Shown here piece by piece: positions 1-8,857 of a DNA stretch of 64,000 nt. This DNA is from an uncultured Holophagales bacterium. GTDB lineage: Bacteria > Acidobacteriota > Thermoanaerobaculia > Multivoradales > UBA5704. The notes under the pieces were generated by a model. The model saw nothing but the letters and a program-made list of their open reading frames with translations, did not search any database and was not told where the DNA came from. The DNA lies in NCBI GenBank assembly GCA_963842525.1, contig CAWJGT010000034.1:224001-288000 (forward strand), given 5' to 3'. Position 1 is the first letter of the stretch. Each line of letters opens with the position of its first letter. The position numbers were made by a program, and so were the translations under genes.

Positions 1-125
1 AGTCGGAGTACATCCCCCTGACGCCCGTCGAGCTCTCGGAAAGCCAAGCCACCGAGGTCCTGAGCCTCGTCGACCGGCTCGAGCAGGACGACGACGTCCA
101 GAAGGTCTTCCACAATCTTGGGTGA
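1..125 (+). CDS. yebC: YebC/PmpR family protein, C-terminal fragment (5' truncated by window)
   Basis: Frame from nt 3 reads [40 protein letters not shown]; LE.DDDVQ.V.HN is the characteristic YebC C-terminus. Confidence 0.85.
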   Translation, partial: SEYIPLTPVELSESQATEVLSLVDRLEQDDDVQKVFHNLG

Positions 126-171
126 GCCGCACCCGCGGATGGGAGTACGATAGGGTCAAAGGGAGGCTTCG

Positions 172-440
172 ATGCCGAGCATCTACCGAGCCATTCTCTA
201 CGGAAACCGGCTCGAATGGAGCGAGGAGGAGCCGCAGAGGCTGCCTCCAGACCGCGGGGTGGAGGTCTTTGTAACGATCCCCGGCAAGCCGGATTCCACC
301 AGATCCGCCCGACAACGGGGTGCTGCCATGGCTGCTGCGCTGAGGGGCTCGCTGAAGCCGGAGGCCCGAAGAGCTTCGGGGACGCAGCCCAGTGGGAGCG
401 AGCGACGCGGGAGGAAAATCCCCCGACCGTGTCATCCTGA
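172..440 (+). pseudogene. Small hypothetical protein (~90 aa, antitoxin-like size) with an apparent frameshift near nt 340-350
   Basis: RBS GGAGG before ATG 172. MPSIYRAILYGNRLEW...RGAAMAAAL continues sensibly in another frame as LAEAGGPKSFGDAAQWERATREENPPTVSS* (stop 438-440). The 172..594 ORF instead runs into repeat DNA. Could be a sequencing indel in an intact gene. Confidence 0.5.
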
Positions 441-508
441 GCGAAGCGAAGGATCTGGGGGATGGGAAGCTCCGCCCGCCCAGATTCTTCGCTGCGCTCA
501 GAATGACA
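430..508. repeat. REP-like imperfect inverted repeat (30-bp arms)
   Basis: TGTCATCCTGAGCGAAGCGAAGGATCTGGG (430-459) pairs with CCCAGATTCTTCGCTGCGCTCAGAATGACA (479-508). Confidence 0.8.
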
Positions 509-540
509 GTCGTGGGCTCGCGCTGAAGGCTCCAACTGCG

Positions 541-596
541 TCCCCCCTCTCCCGGTCGGGGGGGAGGGAGATGGGAGAGGGGGACAGGGGGTGAGG
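541..596. repeat. Second REP-like G/C-skewed palindromic element
   Basis: TCCCCCCTCTCCC...GGGAGAGGGGGAC stem followed by AGGGGGTGAGG, a common extragenic repeat form. Confidence 0.6.
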
Positions 597-977
597 TCAG
601 CTCGGCACGGGTAGCCGCTCCAGCCGCGTCCTGTAGACGGGATTGCGCTCGAAGATCAGCTCGAGGTCGTGGCTCCCGATCCGGAGGCGGTCCACGGTGA
701 CGTCGGCCGCGCCCAGCCAGGCGCCGCCGTGCTCGCCGCACACCCAGCGGTCGAGCCGGTGCCGCTTGCCGTCGATCCGCAGCCGCGGCGGCCTGCGCTC
801 GGGGTTCTGGATCGTCACCGCCACGGCCACCCGGGAGGTCGTGCGGACAGCGTCGCCTGCCCCGCCGCGTACTCGCGGTCGAGCTGCAGGATGTTGGTCC
901 ACCGGGCCGGGTCCATCTGGTGCATGCAATCCTTCTACGCCTGCGGAGGGAAAGGCGTCCAGCGGAGTCTATTCTAC
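597..977 (-). pseudogene. Radical SAM gene remnant, copy 1 (5' region plus N-terminus joined out of frame to the C-terminus)
   Basis: Minus strand reads MHQMDPARWTNILQLDREYAAGQATLSA, then jumps to ...RLRIDGKRHRLDRWVCGEHGGAWLG...RLERLPVPS*. Both ends are near-identical to 10397-10864, which retains a CxxxCxxC motif. Confidence 0.7.
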
Positions 978-1111
978 TCTACTCCGCCGCGCACCTTACC
1001 TGGAGTGCTTGGCTCCGGCGTAAAGTGCCCCGCAATGGCGGATCGTGCCACCCAGTTCCACTGCTGATCACGCCGGAGTAAGATGAACGTAGTTCATAGA
1101 CGAGCTCTGCG

Positions 1112-4100
1112 GTGGCGAAATCAACCCTTCAGCATGATCGCGGCGGCCCCGTTAATCTGCGGGGCATCCACTATCAGCTCCTCGCAACATTCCGGGAGGT
1201 GGGTCGGGCCGTCCGCGTCGTGTCTCACGATGGTGAGAACGGCCCCCTTACCAGCGTGATGCTGGTTATTGAACCGTACGGAGGAGGCGACAGCGCGATT
1301 TCTCAGGGCGCCGCTCGCCGTGTCCAACAGATCAAGACTCATCAAGGAGTCTGGACCCTCGCCGAGCTCGCCAGGAGAGTTTTTCCAGATCTCTTCCGAG
1401 CCTACTGCAGCGACCCCGGAGCCGTCGCAGTCGAGCTGGTTACGAACGGCCGACTTGACACGCAGGCGCAGGGCTTTTGCGCGATGCTTGACGTAAGCTC
1501 CGAGGGGAGGGCGAAGGGCTGGGGAGGGCTGGAGCAGCACGCGGTTGAAGAAAATGACCTGCTCCCTTGGTTCAGGGGGGTAGCGCGGTCCACCAACAAG
1601 CCTGCCGCGAGGGCAACCTTCGCTGACCTAGTCGACTATCTTGCGAACAAGCTCCCTAAAATCGCCGCTGCCGAGCAACTCAACGAAGTTCCACATCGTG
1701 AGAGAGTCAAGGGCTTTCTGAGCCGATTAGCTCTGCGAACAGGGCTCTCCTTTGAGGATCAGGAGAATGAGTGTCGTGAGTTCTTGCAGGCTTGGGGCAT
1801 TTCACCCAAAGCCGTCCCTAGAGCCATTGACCAAGTCGTTGGTTACCTACTGCGCCGGGGCCACCCTGGTAATCAGGCAGTTACCTTCGGTGAGCTTGCG
1901 CTCACACTTGGTCTTGCAGACCGAGACCTCGGCGACTGGACCTTTTTGAGCACTCTGAGCTGCGACCGCCTCCTGACAGACCTTGCTCGCCCCCGACCCG
2001 CCTACCACGAAGATCAAGACGTTCGGCAGTCCGATCCTCTCGTACCTGAACTCTTGTGCCTCATATCTCGACCGAAGGCAGATCAGATCGTTGAATCGTT
2101 TGGCTCTCCCGCGCTCTCCAGTTATCAGCTCCGGCCGATCGTTATATGGGGCAAGAGTGGGATCGGCAAGACTTGGCTTCTCGCGCGCGCCGCCCACCGA
2201 CTCGCCCAGATCAAGCACTCGCCAACTTCGGCGGGGCCGGCAATATTGTGGATGTCTTCCCAGCAGGATCCTCAAGCCGATCTTCAAGCCGCGGCACAAA
2301 AGTTCTGCCATCGCATATGGGGGCGCGAGCAACCGCTTCCGGTGGAGCTCTTGGCAGATCGCGTAAGCCAGTCGACCGATAGCAGTCCGGTACCATGGCT
2401 CGTGGTCTTTATCGATGGGATACAGTCTCCCAACTATCTGGGCCGGCTCAGTGAAGTGCCTCACTCCGAGTTGGGCATTCTTCTAATCGTCGCTGTCACC
2501 GTGCAATTTGACAGTGACTCTCCAGAATTCCCCGGGCTGCGCCTCCTGAAAGCCCCGGGCTTTAATCCAGATGAGGTGCTTCGTTTTTTGGAACGCCGTG
2601 CTCCCATCTCGCGGGGGCTTCCACCCACCGACGTCCGCAAGCTACTCGAGACGCCCGTTTTTTTGGCATTCTACGCAGCCTTGAAGCACGATGGATCCAT
2701 CTGGCAGCCCGAGGACGAGTACGGACTGATTCAACACTTTTGGCTGGAGCGGATTGCGAGGCCGCGTCCGCAGGCGGCTGACGTATTGGCCAGGCTCTCC
2801 TGCACGCGAATGCGAGAGGCCACGGCTACCAGTGATCGACCTCCTCAGGGCCACCTCAACTGGACGGTGGCCGAGCTAAAGGAAGCCGGTCTTACGCAGG
2901 AGGATCTTGACTTACTTGAGGTTTCGGCGATCCTCGTTCGGGACACTTGGAGTCGCAGCTATTTCTTCGCTCACGAACGAATCCTGCAGTGGACTGCAGC
3001 CGAAGGAGCACTTCGCGCCTTTCAGGCTGGGGGATTCCAGGCGGAAGAGCTTGCCGAGATCTGCACCGCCATCCTGATCGGCGAGAGTCAGGCTCGATGG
3101 ATGTTCGGCTATATGCCCGCCGACCTGCTCTGGCTCCTCCTCGATCCCGACTTGCCGGAGACTTGCTGGTCGGCAGCCGAAGCTCTACTAGGTAGGCTTG
3201 AACGACATCACCATTTCTCAAGCCTGAAGGACTGGCTCTCCACACTCGGCCCACGCCTCGTTCCTCCACTTTTCAAGCGGCTTCGCTCTGCAGACCACAA
3301 GAATGCGGGCATCCTCTACACCTATCGAGATGCTCTCATGCAGATTCCGGGTGCCGACGTTGCGGAACGCGCCACCAAACTCCTCGCAGAACCTTCCCTA
3401 GAGCTCCAAGAGATCGGTGTGCAGCTGCTCGGAGGGAGGGAGTACCTCCCGGCCTTGGACACCCTCTGGAGTCTCTACCAGGAATGGTGGGCCGCAGCTC
3501 ACAGCGAGCGGCCTCCAAACTCGGAAACCCGCGAGGGCCCCTGGATGTACCACGTTGATATCGGGGAGACGGCCCTTCGGCGATCGGTACGCAACCGGCC
3601 GGAATGGTTGGAGCGTAAGCTCCTTGAAGCGGAGAGCCTTGGCGGTGCGAACTCAACCCTCCTCTTTTTGTTGGCTTCCACGCCAAAGGGCGAAGCCGTT
3701 TGGAAGCGCCACAAAGCGCTTCTTCGGGACCGTCTGGCGGAGGATCGGCAACGGGGATACATTCGTTGCATTATCTCTTTTCGGGATCTGGATGAACGCC
3801 CCTGGCTAGAAGGCAAAGTTAATGAGACTCGAGGCTTCGTCGCGCCTGCAGCTCGCGGTGCCCTTGCTCTTCTGGCTCCAGAAAGCGCCTTGGCTCAGGT
3901 CGATCCTGAGGCGTTATTTGATTTAGGTTCCACTCCCGGGTGGTGGCTGCCTCTGGTCCGCATTCAGAAGCCGAGAGAAACGGCTCGCTTCCTCAAGGAC
4001 TTGATTCTAGGCTCTGACAATCCGATCAAAGCTCTTTTCGCATTCAGCGGTTTCGAACTATGGTATCCACCCGAAGTCGTTGATTTCCTATTTGACACTG

Positions 4101-5869
4101 TCCAAAAGGAACTGACAGCTCTCAAAGAAGGTAGGGCCGAGTCCAGCAAGGACCTGTTATACGCACCTCTCTTGCGCCTGTCAGATTGCAACACGGTTGA
4201 GCAGCTCGAAATTTTTTGGAAGCCCAGCCACCAACAACTCGAATCTCAACTTGCGGACTGGCTGACTGACTGGGGCCCGAACGATACAGGTTGGGTACGA
4301 CGTGGCAGTGAGGAAGAGGCGGGCGAGGTGCTAAAGCTAATTGCTGGGCCCGGCATGGCTAAAGTAGGAGCGAGCATACTAGAACGGGCTGAGACCTGGA
4401 CGGGGGGCCGCGACGGTCTCTATTTGGCTGTCCGAGAACCGGATGCGGAAGCTCGAGCGGCGATCCGACGCAAGGCGCTCGATCCGACACTGTCTGCTTC
4501 ACCAAGAGCAACGCAGCATCCGATACTCCAGCGCTTCTGTTTAGAAGCTTTAGCCTATCTTCGGGATTTCGATGGATTTGCCTACGGCGTAGTGCAGTGG
4601 GGTCTCCTACTTCCTCCGAATCTTGCCACGTATCTCGATGATCATCGCGGGAAACCCGAGATGCTCAGAGTCGCCAAGGAGGCACTAAAAAAACACCCAG
4701 TTACGCCTGGTGCGTTTTTGTTGCTGGGCTTGCATGGCGGGACGGAGGCCCTCGACTGCCTCCGGACGCAGCGACCCAGCCTTGAATCTGCGGACCTACA
4801 ACTTGGCTGGATTATCGGTCTCGACTACTCCATAGATTGCTCCAGCGAAACGCTGGCTGTATTTGCACAAGGCTTAGAAAGTGCAGACGCCCGTATTCAA
4901 TTCTCCTCGTGGCAGGCCCTCCTGCGCCGGATCGAAAACCCCACAGCCCAGGAGCTGCTCTTGTCGGTGATCGATGGAGGCCAGAAGGACTCCGCGCGAC
5001 TCGCAGCCCATCTCCTTGATCAGGAGATACTTCAAAAGGCAGTAGCCGAGCGGCTCTGGCAAAGGGAACCGAAGGATACTTGGTTTCTTTACGACTTCGC
5101 CAACCAACTGGAGAAATTCGCCGTTCTCGGAACAGATGAGATAAAGGAATTCCTACTCAAGCACGCTACCGAAGCGCAGAACCCAATGACCCCAGCAGCA
5201 AGATATTCTGCAATCCGAGGTCTCGCCTCCTTAAATCGTGACCTCGCGTTTCGAGCAGCCCGTGCCTGTCGGCCGGGAAAGAGGAGCACGGAGGACATCA
5301 GTTGGCCAGCGCTGCTCGTGGAGGTTGGAGGCTCTAAAGCACTACCCGACCTTAAAGTGGAAATAGCTGAAGATCGCGACGTCGTTCGGCTTCATGCGCT
5401 GGGCGAGGCGCTACGAGCTCAGAAACAGCATCAGATTCTCCTATATTGGCTTCAGGATGAAAACCCAAGAGTCCGAGAAGGTGCCTGCTATGCCGCTTGC
5501 GCCCAAGCGTATGATCTTCAACTCGAACACACTGTGATTCGCTGTTGCCTCGACCCAGAAGAGGACGTGCGCACCGCAGCACAAGCTGCCTTCGATCACC
5601 TATGGAGGGATCGTGAGGTGGGCCGTTTGATTGACCGCCTCCACTCAGAGTCCCGTTCAGGCCGCCGCTGGGCTCTTCTCGACTCGGCGCTGGCTATCGG
5701 CTATCCAGGCGTTCGTCCCGGCTTTGGACAGATCTCGTGGTTCAGTGAGCTTATTAGCGGTCGACCTTACTACGAGGTTGATTACTCCATCAATCGGCTC
5801 AAAGAGCGCCGAAAGAAGGTTGTCGAGGAACTAAAGAGACAGTCCAAGAATTTCCGCGCGGATGCGTGA
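1112..5869 (+). CDS. Putative nuclease-STAND/NACHT NTPase-HEAT-like repeat protein (Avs-like antiphage defence candidate)
   Basis: 1585-aa ORF. N-terminal G..NLRGIHYQ...E....D........QQIK pattern resembles Cap4/DUF4297-type PD-(D/E)xK nucleases. Walker A GKSGIGKT, Walker B LVVFIDG, FAHERILQW winged-helix-like motif, and C-terminal HEAT-like repeats (DENPRVREGACYA, DPEEDVRTAAQAA). Visibly less GC-rich than its flanks. Confidence 0.75.
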   Translation: MAKSTLQHDRGGPVNLRGIHYQLLATFREVGRAVRVVSHDGENGPLTSVMLVIEPYGGGDSAISQGAARRVQQIKTHQGVWTLAELARRVFPDLFRAYCSDPGAVAVELVTNGRLDTQAQGFCAMLDVSSEGRAKGWGGLEQHAVEENDLLPWFRGVARSTNKPAARATFADLVDYLANKLPKIAAAEQLNEVPHRERVKGFLSRLALRTGLSFEDQENECREFLQAWGISPKAVPRAIDQVVGYLLRRGHPGNQAVTFGELALTLGLADRDLGDWTFLSTLSCDRLLTDLARPRPAYHEDQDVRQSDPLVPELLCLISRPKADQIVESFGSPALSSYQLRPIVIWGKSGIGKTWLLARAAHRLAQIKHSPTSAGPAILWMSSQQDPQADLQAAAQKFCHRIWGREQPLPVELLADRVSQSTDSSPVPWLVVFIDGIQSPNYLGRLSEVPHSELGILLIVAVTVQFDSDSPEFPGLRLLKAPGFNPDEVLRFLERRAPISRGLPPTDVRKLLETPVFLAFYAALKHDGSIWQPEDEYGLIQHFWLERIARPRPQAADVLARLSCTRMREATATSDRPPQGHLNWTVAELKEAGLTQEDLDLLEVSAILVRDTWSRSYFFAHERILQWTAAEGALRAFQAGGFQAEELAEICTAILIGESQARWMFGYMPADLLWLLLDPDLPETCWSAAEALLGRLERHHHFSSLKDWLSTLGPRLVPPLFKRLRSADHKNAGILYTYRDALMQIPGADVAERATKLLAEPSLELQEIGVQLLGGREYLPALDTLWSLYQEWWAAAHSERPPNSETREGPWMYHVDIGETALRRSVRNRPEWLERKLLEAESLGGANSTLLFLLASTPKGEAVWKRHKALLRDRLAEDRQRGYIRCIISFRDLDERPWLEGKVNETRGFVAPAARGALALLAPESALAQVDPEALFDLGSTPGWWLPLVRIQKPRETARFLKDLILGSDNPIKALFAFSGFELWYPPEVVDFLFDTVQKELTALKEGRAESSKDLLYAPLLRLSDCNTVEQLEIFWKPSHQQLESQLADWLTDWGPNDTGWVRRGSEEEAGEVLKLIAGPGMAKVGASILERAETWTGGRDGLYLAVREPDAEARAAIRRKALDPTLSASPRATQHPILQRFCLEALAYLRDFDGFAYGVVQWGLLLPPNLATYLDDHRGKPEMLRVAKEALKKHPVTPGAFLLLGLHGGTEALDCLRTQRPSLESADLQLGWIIGLDYSIDCSSETLAVFAQGLESADARIQFSSWQALLRRIENPTAQELLLSVIDGGQKDSARLAAHLLDQEILQKAVAERLWQREPKDTWFLYDFANQLEKFAVLGTDEIKEFLLKHATEAQNPMTPAARYSAIRGLASLNRDLAFRAARACRPGKRSTEDISWPALLVEVGGSKALPDLKVEIAEDRDVVRLHALGEALRAQKQHQILLYWLQDENPRVREGACYAACAQAYDLQLEHTVIRCCLDPEEDVRTAAQAAFDHLWRDREVGRLIDRLHSESRSGRRWALLDSALAIGYPGVRPGFGQISWFSELISGRPYYEVDYSINRLKERRKKVVEELKRQSKNFRADA

Positions 5870-5890
5870 GGGGGTGCCGCCCCGGATAGG

Positions 5891-6732
5891 GTAGAGTCGG
5901 CGGCGGGCGCGGTGTCTGTAGGCCGAGGGAGTAGCTGTGGCCGGCGGCTTTCGCCTACTCGCCGGTGCCTCGGTCTCGGCCGTGGCTCCGTTTCCCACCG
6001 CCGCTCATCGAACCGGACTTGCGGATCTCCCGCATCCGGCTCTCGGACGGGCTTCACAGCAGGGCATGCACGGGTGCCGTGGACTGTCTGGCCCCTCGCG
6101 ATCGAGACCTTGCGTTTCCCGCTTGGCCCTGCCATACAGCTTCTTCCGGAGGTACTCGACAAATTGGGTTCTAGCCTCACGGCAATGCCCTGTCTCTACC
6201 TCCCCTCAAGAGCGCACCCGAACCAGGGCTCCGTCCCTCCACCGGCATTACCCGGCTTCATCGGTACCATGGGCCCCTCCGACTTCCACACGGCCCGAGG
6301 CTGACCATTTCAAATCACCCCGGTTGGTGGCCGCGACCCACCACCTATGTGGATCTCACACGTTGCCTCAAAGACCTTGTCTGCGCATGCTGACCCCACT
6401 ACCCCGGCTGGAGAGGACGAGTTCTTCGGTCGGTTGCTCCCCCGCCCCCCGACGGCCTTCCCCTTATGGCAGGAGGGTCGGCTCCAGCGAGAAACTATCG
6501 AGGCCTGCTCAGGGTTCACGTGCTTTTCGGCCTGCGCATTTGCACCCCGGTTGCACCGAGGACTTCCCCGGAGGCTTCAGCCGGGCGATTGCTCAAGCTC
6601 AGCTGCTCCAGTGGCTACCGGGCGAACCGACAATTCCCCGGACGGGACTTCCACCCGCTGGCCTTCGAGACCCAGGAGGTCTCTCTGTAATCTGCAAACT
6701 CAGCTCACATCAGACCTCCCTTCGTGTCGCAC
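5891..6732 (-). mobile_element. Group II intron, ORF-less (intron-encoded protein almost entirely deleted), ~842 nt
   Basis: Minus strand starts GTGCGACACG (6732) and ends CCGACTCTAC (5891). Domain V reads GAGCCGGATGCGGGAGATCCGCAAGTCCGGTTC, followed by a long domain VI. A remnant VEYLRKKLYGRAKRE resembles an IEP N-terminus. No YADD motif. Confidence 0.88.
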
Positions 6733-6779
6733 TGCCAGGCGCTTATTTCAGCAATAGCAAATGGTGCGGTCGAGGGCTC

Positions 6780-7352
6780 CATGTGAGCGGGAGATCGACG
6801 ATGGTGACGCCGGCTCGACGATGGTGAGCGGGAGCCTCGACGCCAGTGACGGCGGGCTTGACTCCGGTAAGCGGGAGATCGACTCCAGTGATGGCGAGCT
6901 TAACTACCGTCAGCGGGAAATCGACGATCGTCACGGCGACTTCGACTCCCGTCAGCGGGAGCCTGACTGGAGTCACGGAGGCTTCGACGCCTGTCAGCGC
7001 GAGCCTGACTGGAGTCACGGAGACTTCGACTCCCGTCAGCGCGAGCTTGACTGGAGTCACGGCGACTTCGACTCCCGTCATCGTGAGCTTGCCTGGAGTC
7101 ACGGCGACTTCGACGCCCGTCATCGTGAGCTTGCCTGGAGTCACGGCGACCTCGACTCCCGTCAGCGCGAGCTTGACTGGAGTCACGGAGACTTCGACGC
7201 CCTTCAGTGCGAGGCTGACTGGAGTCACGGAGACTTCGACGCCGGTCAGCGCGAGCTTGACTGGAGTCACGGCGACTTCGACTCCCGTCATCGTGAGCTT
7301 GACTGGAGTCACGGAGACTTTGACTCCCGTCAGCGTGAGCCTGACTCCGGTG
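6780..7352. repeat. Tandem array of 21-bp units forming a 42-bp higher-order repeat
   Basis: Consensus GACTGGAGTCACGGMGACTTC-GACTCCCGTCAGCGCGAGCTT repeats about 10 times over ~6925-7352, with more degenerate 21-mers toward 6780. No unique spacers. Confidence 0.92.
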
Positions 7353-7390
7353 ATCCTGCGGTGTGCTGCAGGGGGGAAGGTGAGGGCCCC

Positions 7391-7422
7391 AAAAAAAGGG
7401 GCGTGGCTTGTGGCCACGCCCT
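7391..7422 (-). terminator. Rho-independent terminator of the minus-strand 8301-7447 operon
   Basis: Minus strand GGGCGTGGC-CACAA-GCCACGCCC-C-TTTTTTT, about 25 nt after the stop at 7447. Confidence 0.85.
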
Positions 7423-7446
7423 CATCGGAATCAGCGACCGAGGGGA

Positions 7447-7851
7447 TTACTCCTTCAGCGATGGTGCCGGCGGCTCCGCCGGGGCGGGGCTCGGCTTCAC
7501 CGGTTTGCCATCCACACCGACCAGCTTGAGCCGAGGCTGGCTGCGGAAGGGCTGCTGGCCGAACTCCACCAGCTTCTCCGACCGGGTGCCGTAATGCACC
7601 CGGATCCCGGCATCCACGAAGGTCATCAGCTTCTGCCCCTCGTTGTTGAGCTCAGCGAGACGCTTCGTGACCTCCTGTTTTGCCGCGGTCAGGCTCGCCT
7701 GCTTCGCGGTCAGATCCTTCAGCTCTGTCAGCACCGAGTTGACCTTTTGGCGTGTCACCTCCATCTGGGGCAGCTCCGCACTGTTTGCCTCCAGTGCCTG
7801 GCGTCGCAACTCCAGCTTCTTCTGAGTTACCGCAGTCGGTGAACCTGGCAT
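7447..7851 (-). CDS. Hypothetical coiled-coil protein (134 aa)
   Basis: Strong RBS AAAGGAGGAG before ATG 7851. Long amphipathic helices, then a YGTRSEKLVEFGQQPFR motif and a Pro-rich tail. Followed by a terminator. Confidence 0.85.
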   Translation of the reverse strand: MPGSPTAVTQKKLELRRQALEANSAELPQMEVTRQKVNSVLTELKDLTAKQASLTAAKQEVTKRLAELNNEGQKLMTFVDAGIRVHYGTRSEKLVEFGQQPFRSQPRLKLVGVDGKPVKPSPAPAEPPAPSLKE

Positions 7852-7881
7852 CAACTCCTCCTTTGGTGAACGCCGCCCGGC

Positions 7882-8301
7882 CTATCCGAGCTGCGCCGCG
7901 AGATCGAGCACTTCGTCGGTGAGGCCCTTGTCGGACCCCTTCGAGCGCCCGGTGAGGGCGATGATCACGGTCCCGCCGACCTGCGAAACCCGCAGGGGCT
8001 GACCCGCCTGGCGGGCGAGCAGCGACGCGAACGTCAGATACGAGGCCGCCACCAGCGGGTCCGCGAACTGCCGCACCCGGTCGATGGCCTTCCCTTCCGG
8101 CAGCATCTTCCAGCCCTGCATCCGCTTCAGGCGCGTCTGCACCCGCTCGGCCTTCAGCCGCTGCTCCGCCTGGTTCCGCGTCACGGCCAGCGCGGCGCCG
8201 ACGGTGTCGTCCTGACCCGTCACCCGCTTCCTCATCAGAGCCAGCGACTCTTCCTGCACCCGCTCCGCCTTCAGCTCCTGCTCGGCCTGGGTCGTCTCCA
8301 T
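7882..8301 (-). CDS. Pterin-4a-carbinolamine dehydratase (PCD/DCoH)-fold-like protein, catalytic histidines absent
   Basis: RBS GAGAGGAG before METTQ. LKRMQGWKML...IDRVRQF...GLTDEVLDLAAQL follows the PCD pattern, but the HHP motif is replaced by GQP. LKAERVQ occurs twice at the N-terminus. Confidence 0.65.
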   Translation of the reverse strand: METTQAEQELKAERVQEESLALMRKRVTGQDDTVGAALAVTRNQAEQRLKAERVQTRLKRMQGWKMLPEGKAIDRVRQFADPLVAASYLTFASLLARQAGQPLRVSQVGGTVIIALTGRSKGSDKGLTDEVLDLAAQLG

Positions 8302-8407
8302 ACCGTTTCTCCTCTCGGAAGCTCCGGCACCTGGAACGGCGCCGGAAGCGCTCACAGGAGAAGGATAGGCCAATAGAAGAGAAGAAGTCAACACCTAATT
8401 TTGGTAC

Positions 8408-8460
8408 ATCTTCGCCTGATGTGCGCTTATCTTCGCTTGACTCCGTTTTTGGTGTAGGAT
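8408..8460. promoter_or_regulatory. Divergent control region with a 12-bp direct repeat (candidate operator) and a -10-like hexamer
   Basis: ATCTTCGCCTGA (8408-8419) and ATCTTCGCTTGA (8429-8440) lie 21 bp apart. TAGGAT (8455-8460) lies 7 nt before ATG 8468, compatible with a leaderless regulator mRNA. Confidence 0.4.
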
Positions 8461-8857
8461 GGCCGGCATGGCACCCAGGCGGAAGGCACCCAAGCGGAAC
8501 TACACGGAAAAGGCCCATGCGCTGGCGGAACGGCTTCGCAGCGCTCTGAAGGCGGAAGTCCGGAGGCGAGACTTCCGCCAACTCGATCTCGAGCAGGCGC
8601 TGGGAAGGAGCCATGGCTACTTTTCCCACCTGTTCGGAGGGAGGCTGGCCCTGACCATGGAGGGTGTCCTCGAGGTCCTGCTGGCGCTCGACGCCGACCC
8701 CGCCGAGTTCTTCACCGCCGCGCTCGGGGCTGAGGAAGAAAGGAAGGGCGGGCCGAGCTCCGAGGAGATCGAGGCGACCGTCCTCCGCGCCTTGAGGCGG
8801 TACGGCTACGCCCCAGGAGGAGAAGCGGACGAAAAGAAGAGGCCAGGGCGGCCCTAG
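8459..8857 (+). CDS. XRE-like helix-turn-helix transcriptional regulator (start could be 8468)
   Basis: RQLDLEQALGRSHGYFSHLFGGRLALTMEGVLEVLLALDADPAEFF matches the XRE/Cro HTH pattern; divergent from the PCD-like gene. Confidence 0.8.
   Translation: MAGMAPRRKAPKRNYTEKAHALAERLRSALKAEVRRRDFRQLDLEQALGRSHGYFSHLFGGRLALTMEGVLEVLLALDADPAEFFTAALGAEEERKGGPSSEEIEATVLRALRRYGYAPGGEADEKKRPGRP

Noticed and set aside
5782-6827. ORFs across the intron as a reverse transcriptase or other proteins
   Set aside because: No RT motifs; they are readings of structured intron RNA.
6780-7352. CRISPR array
   Set aside because: Units are contiguous with no unique spacers, and no cas genes are present.
6743-7594. ORFs 6743..7417(-), 6761..7594(+) and 6846..7529(+) as confident genes
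   Set aside because: They are open mainly because the repeat lacks stops, they have no convincing RBS or start, and they overlap a terminator or the real gene. Kept only as a possibility in the findings.
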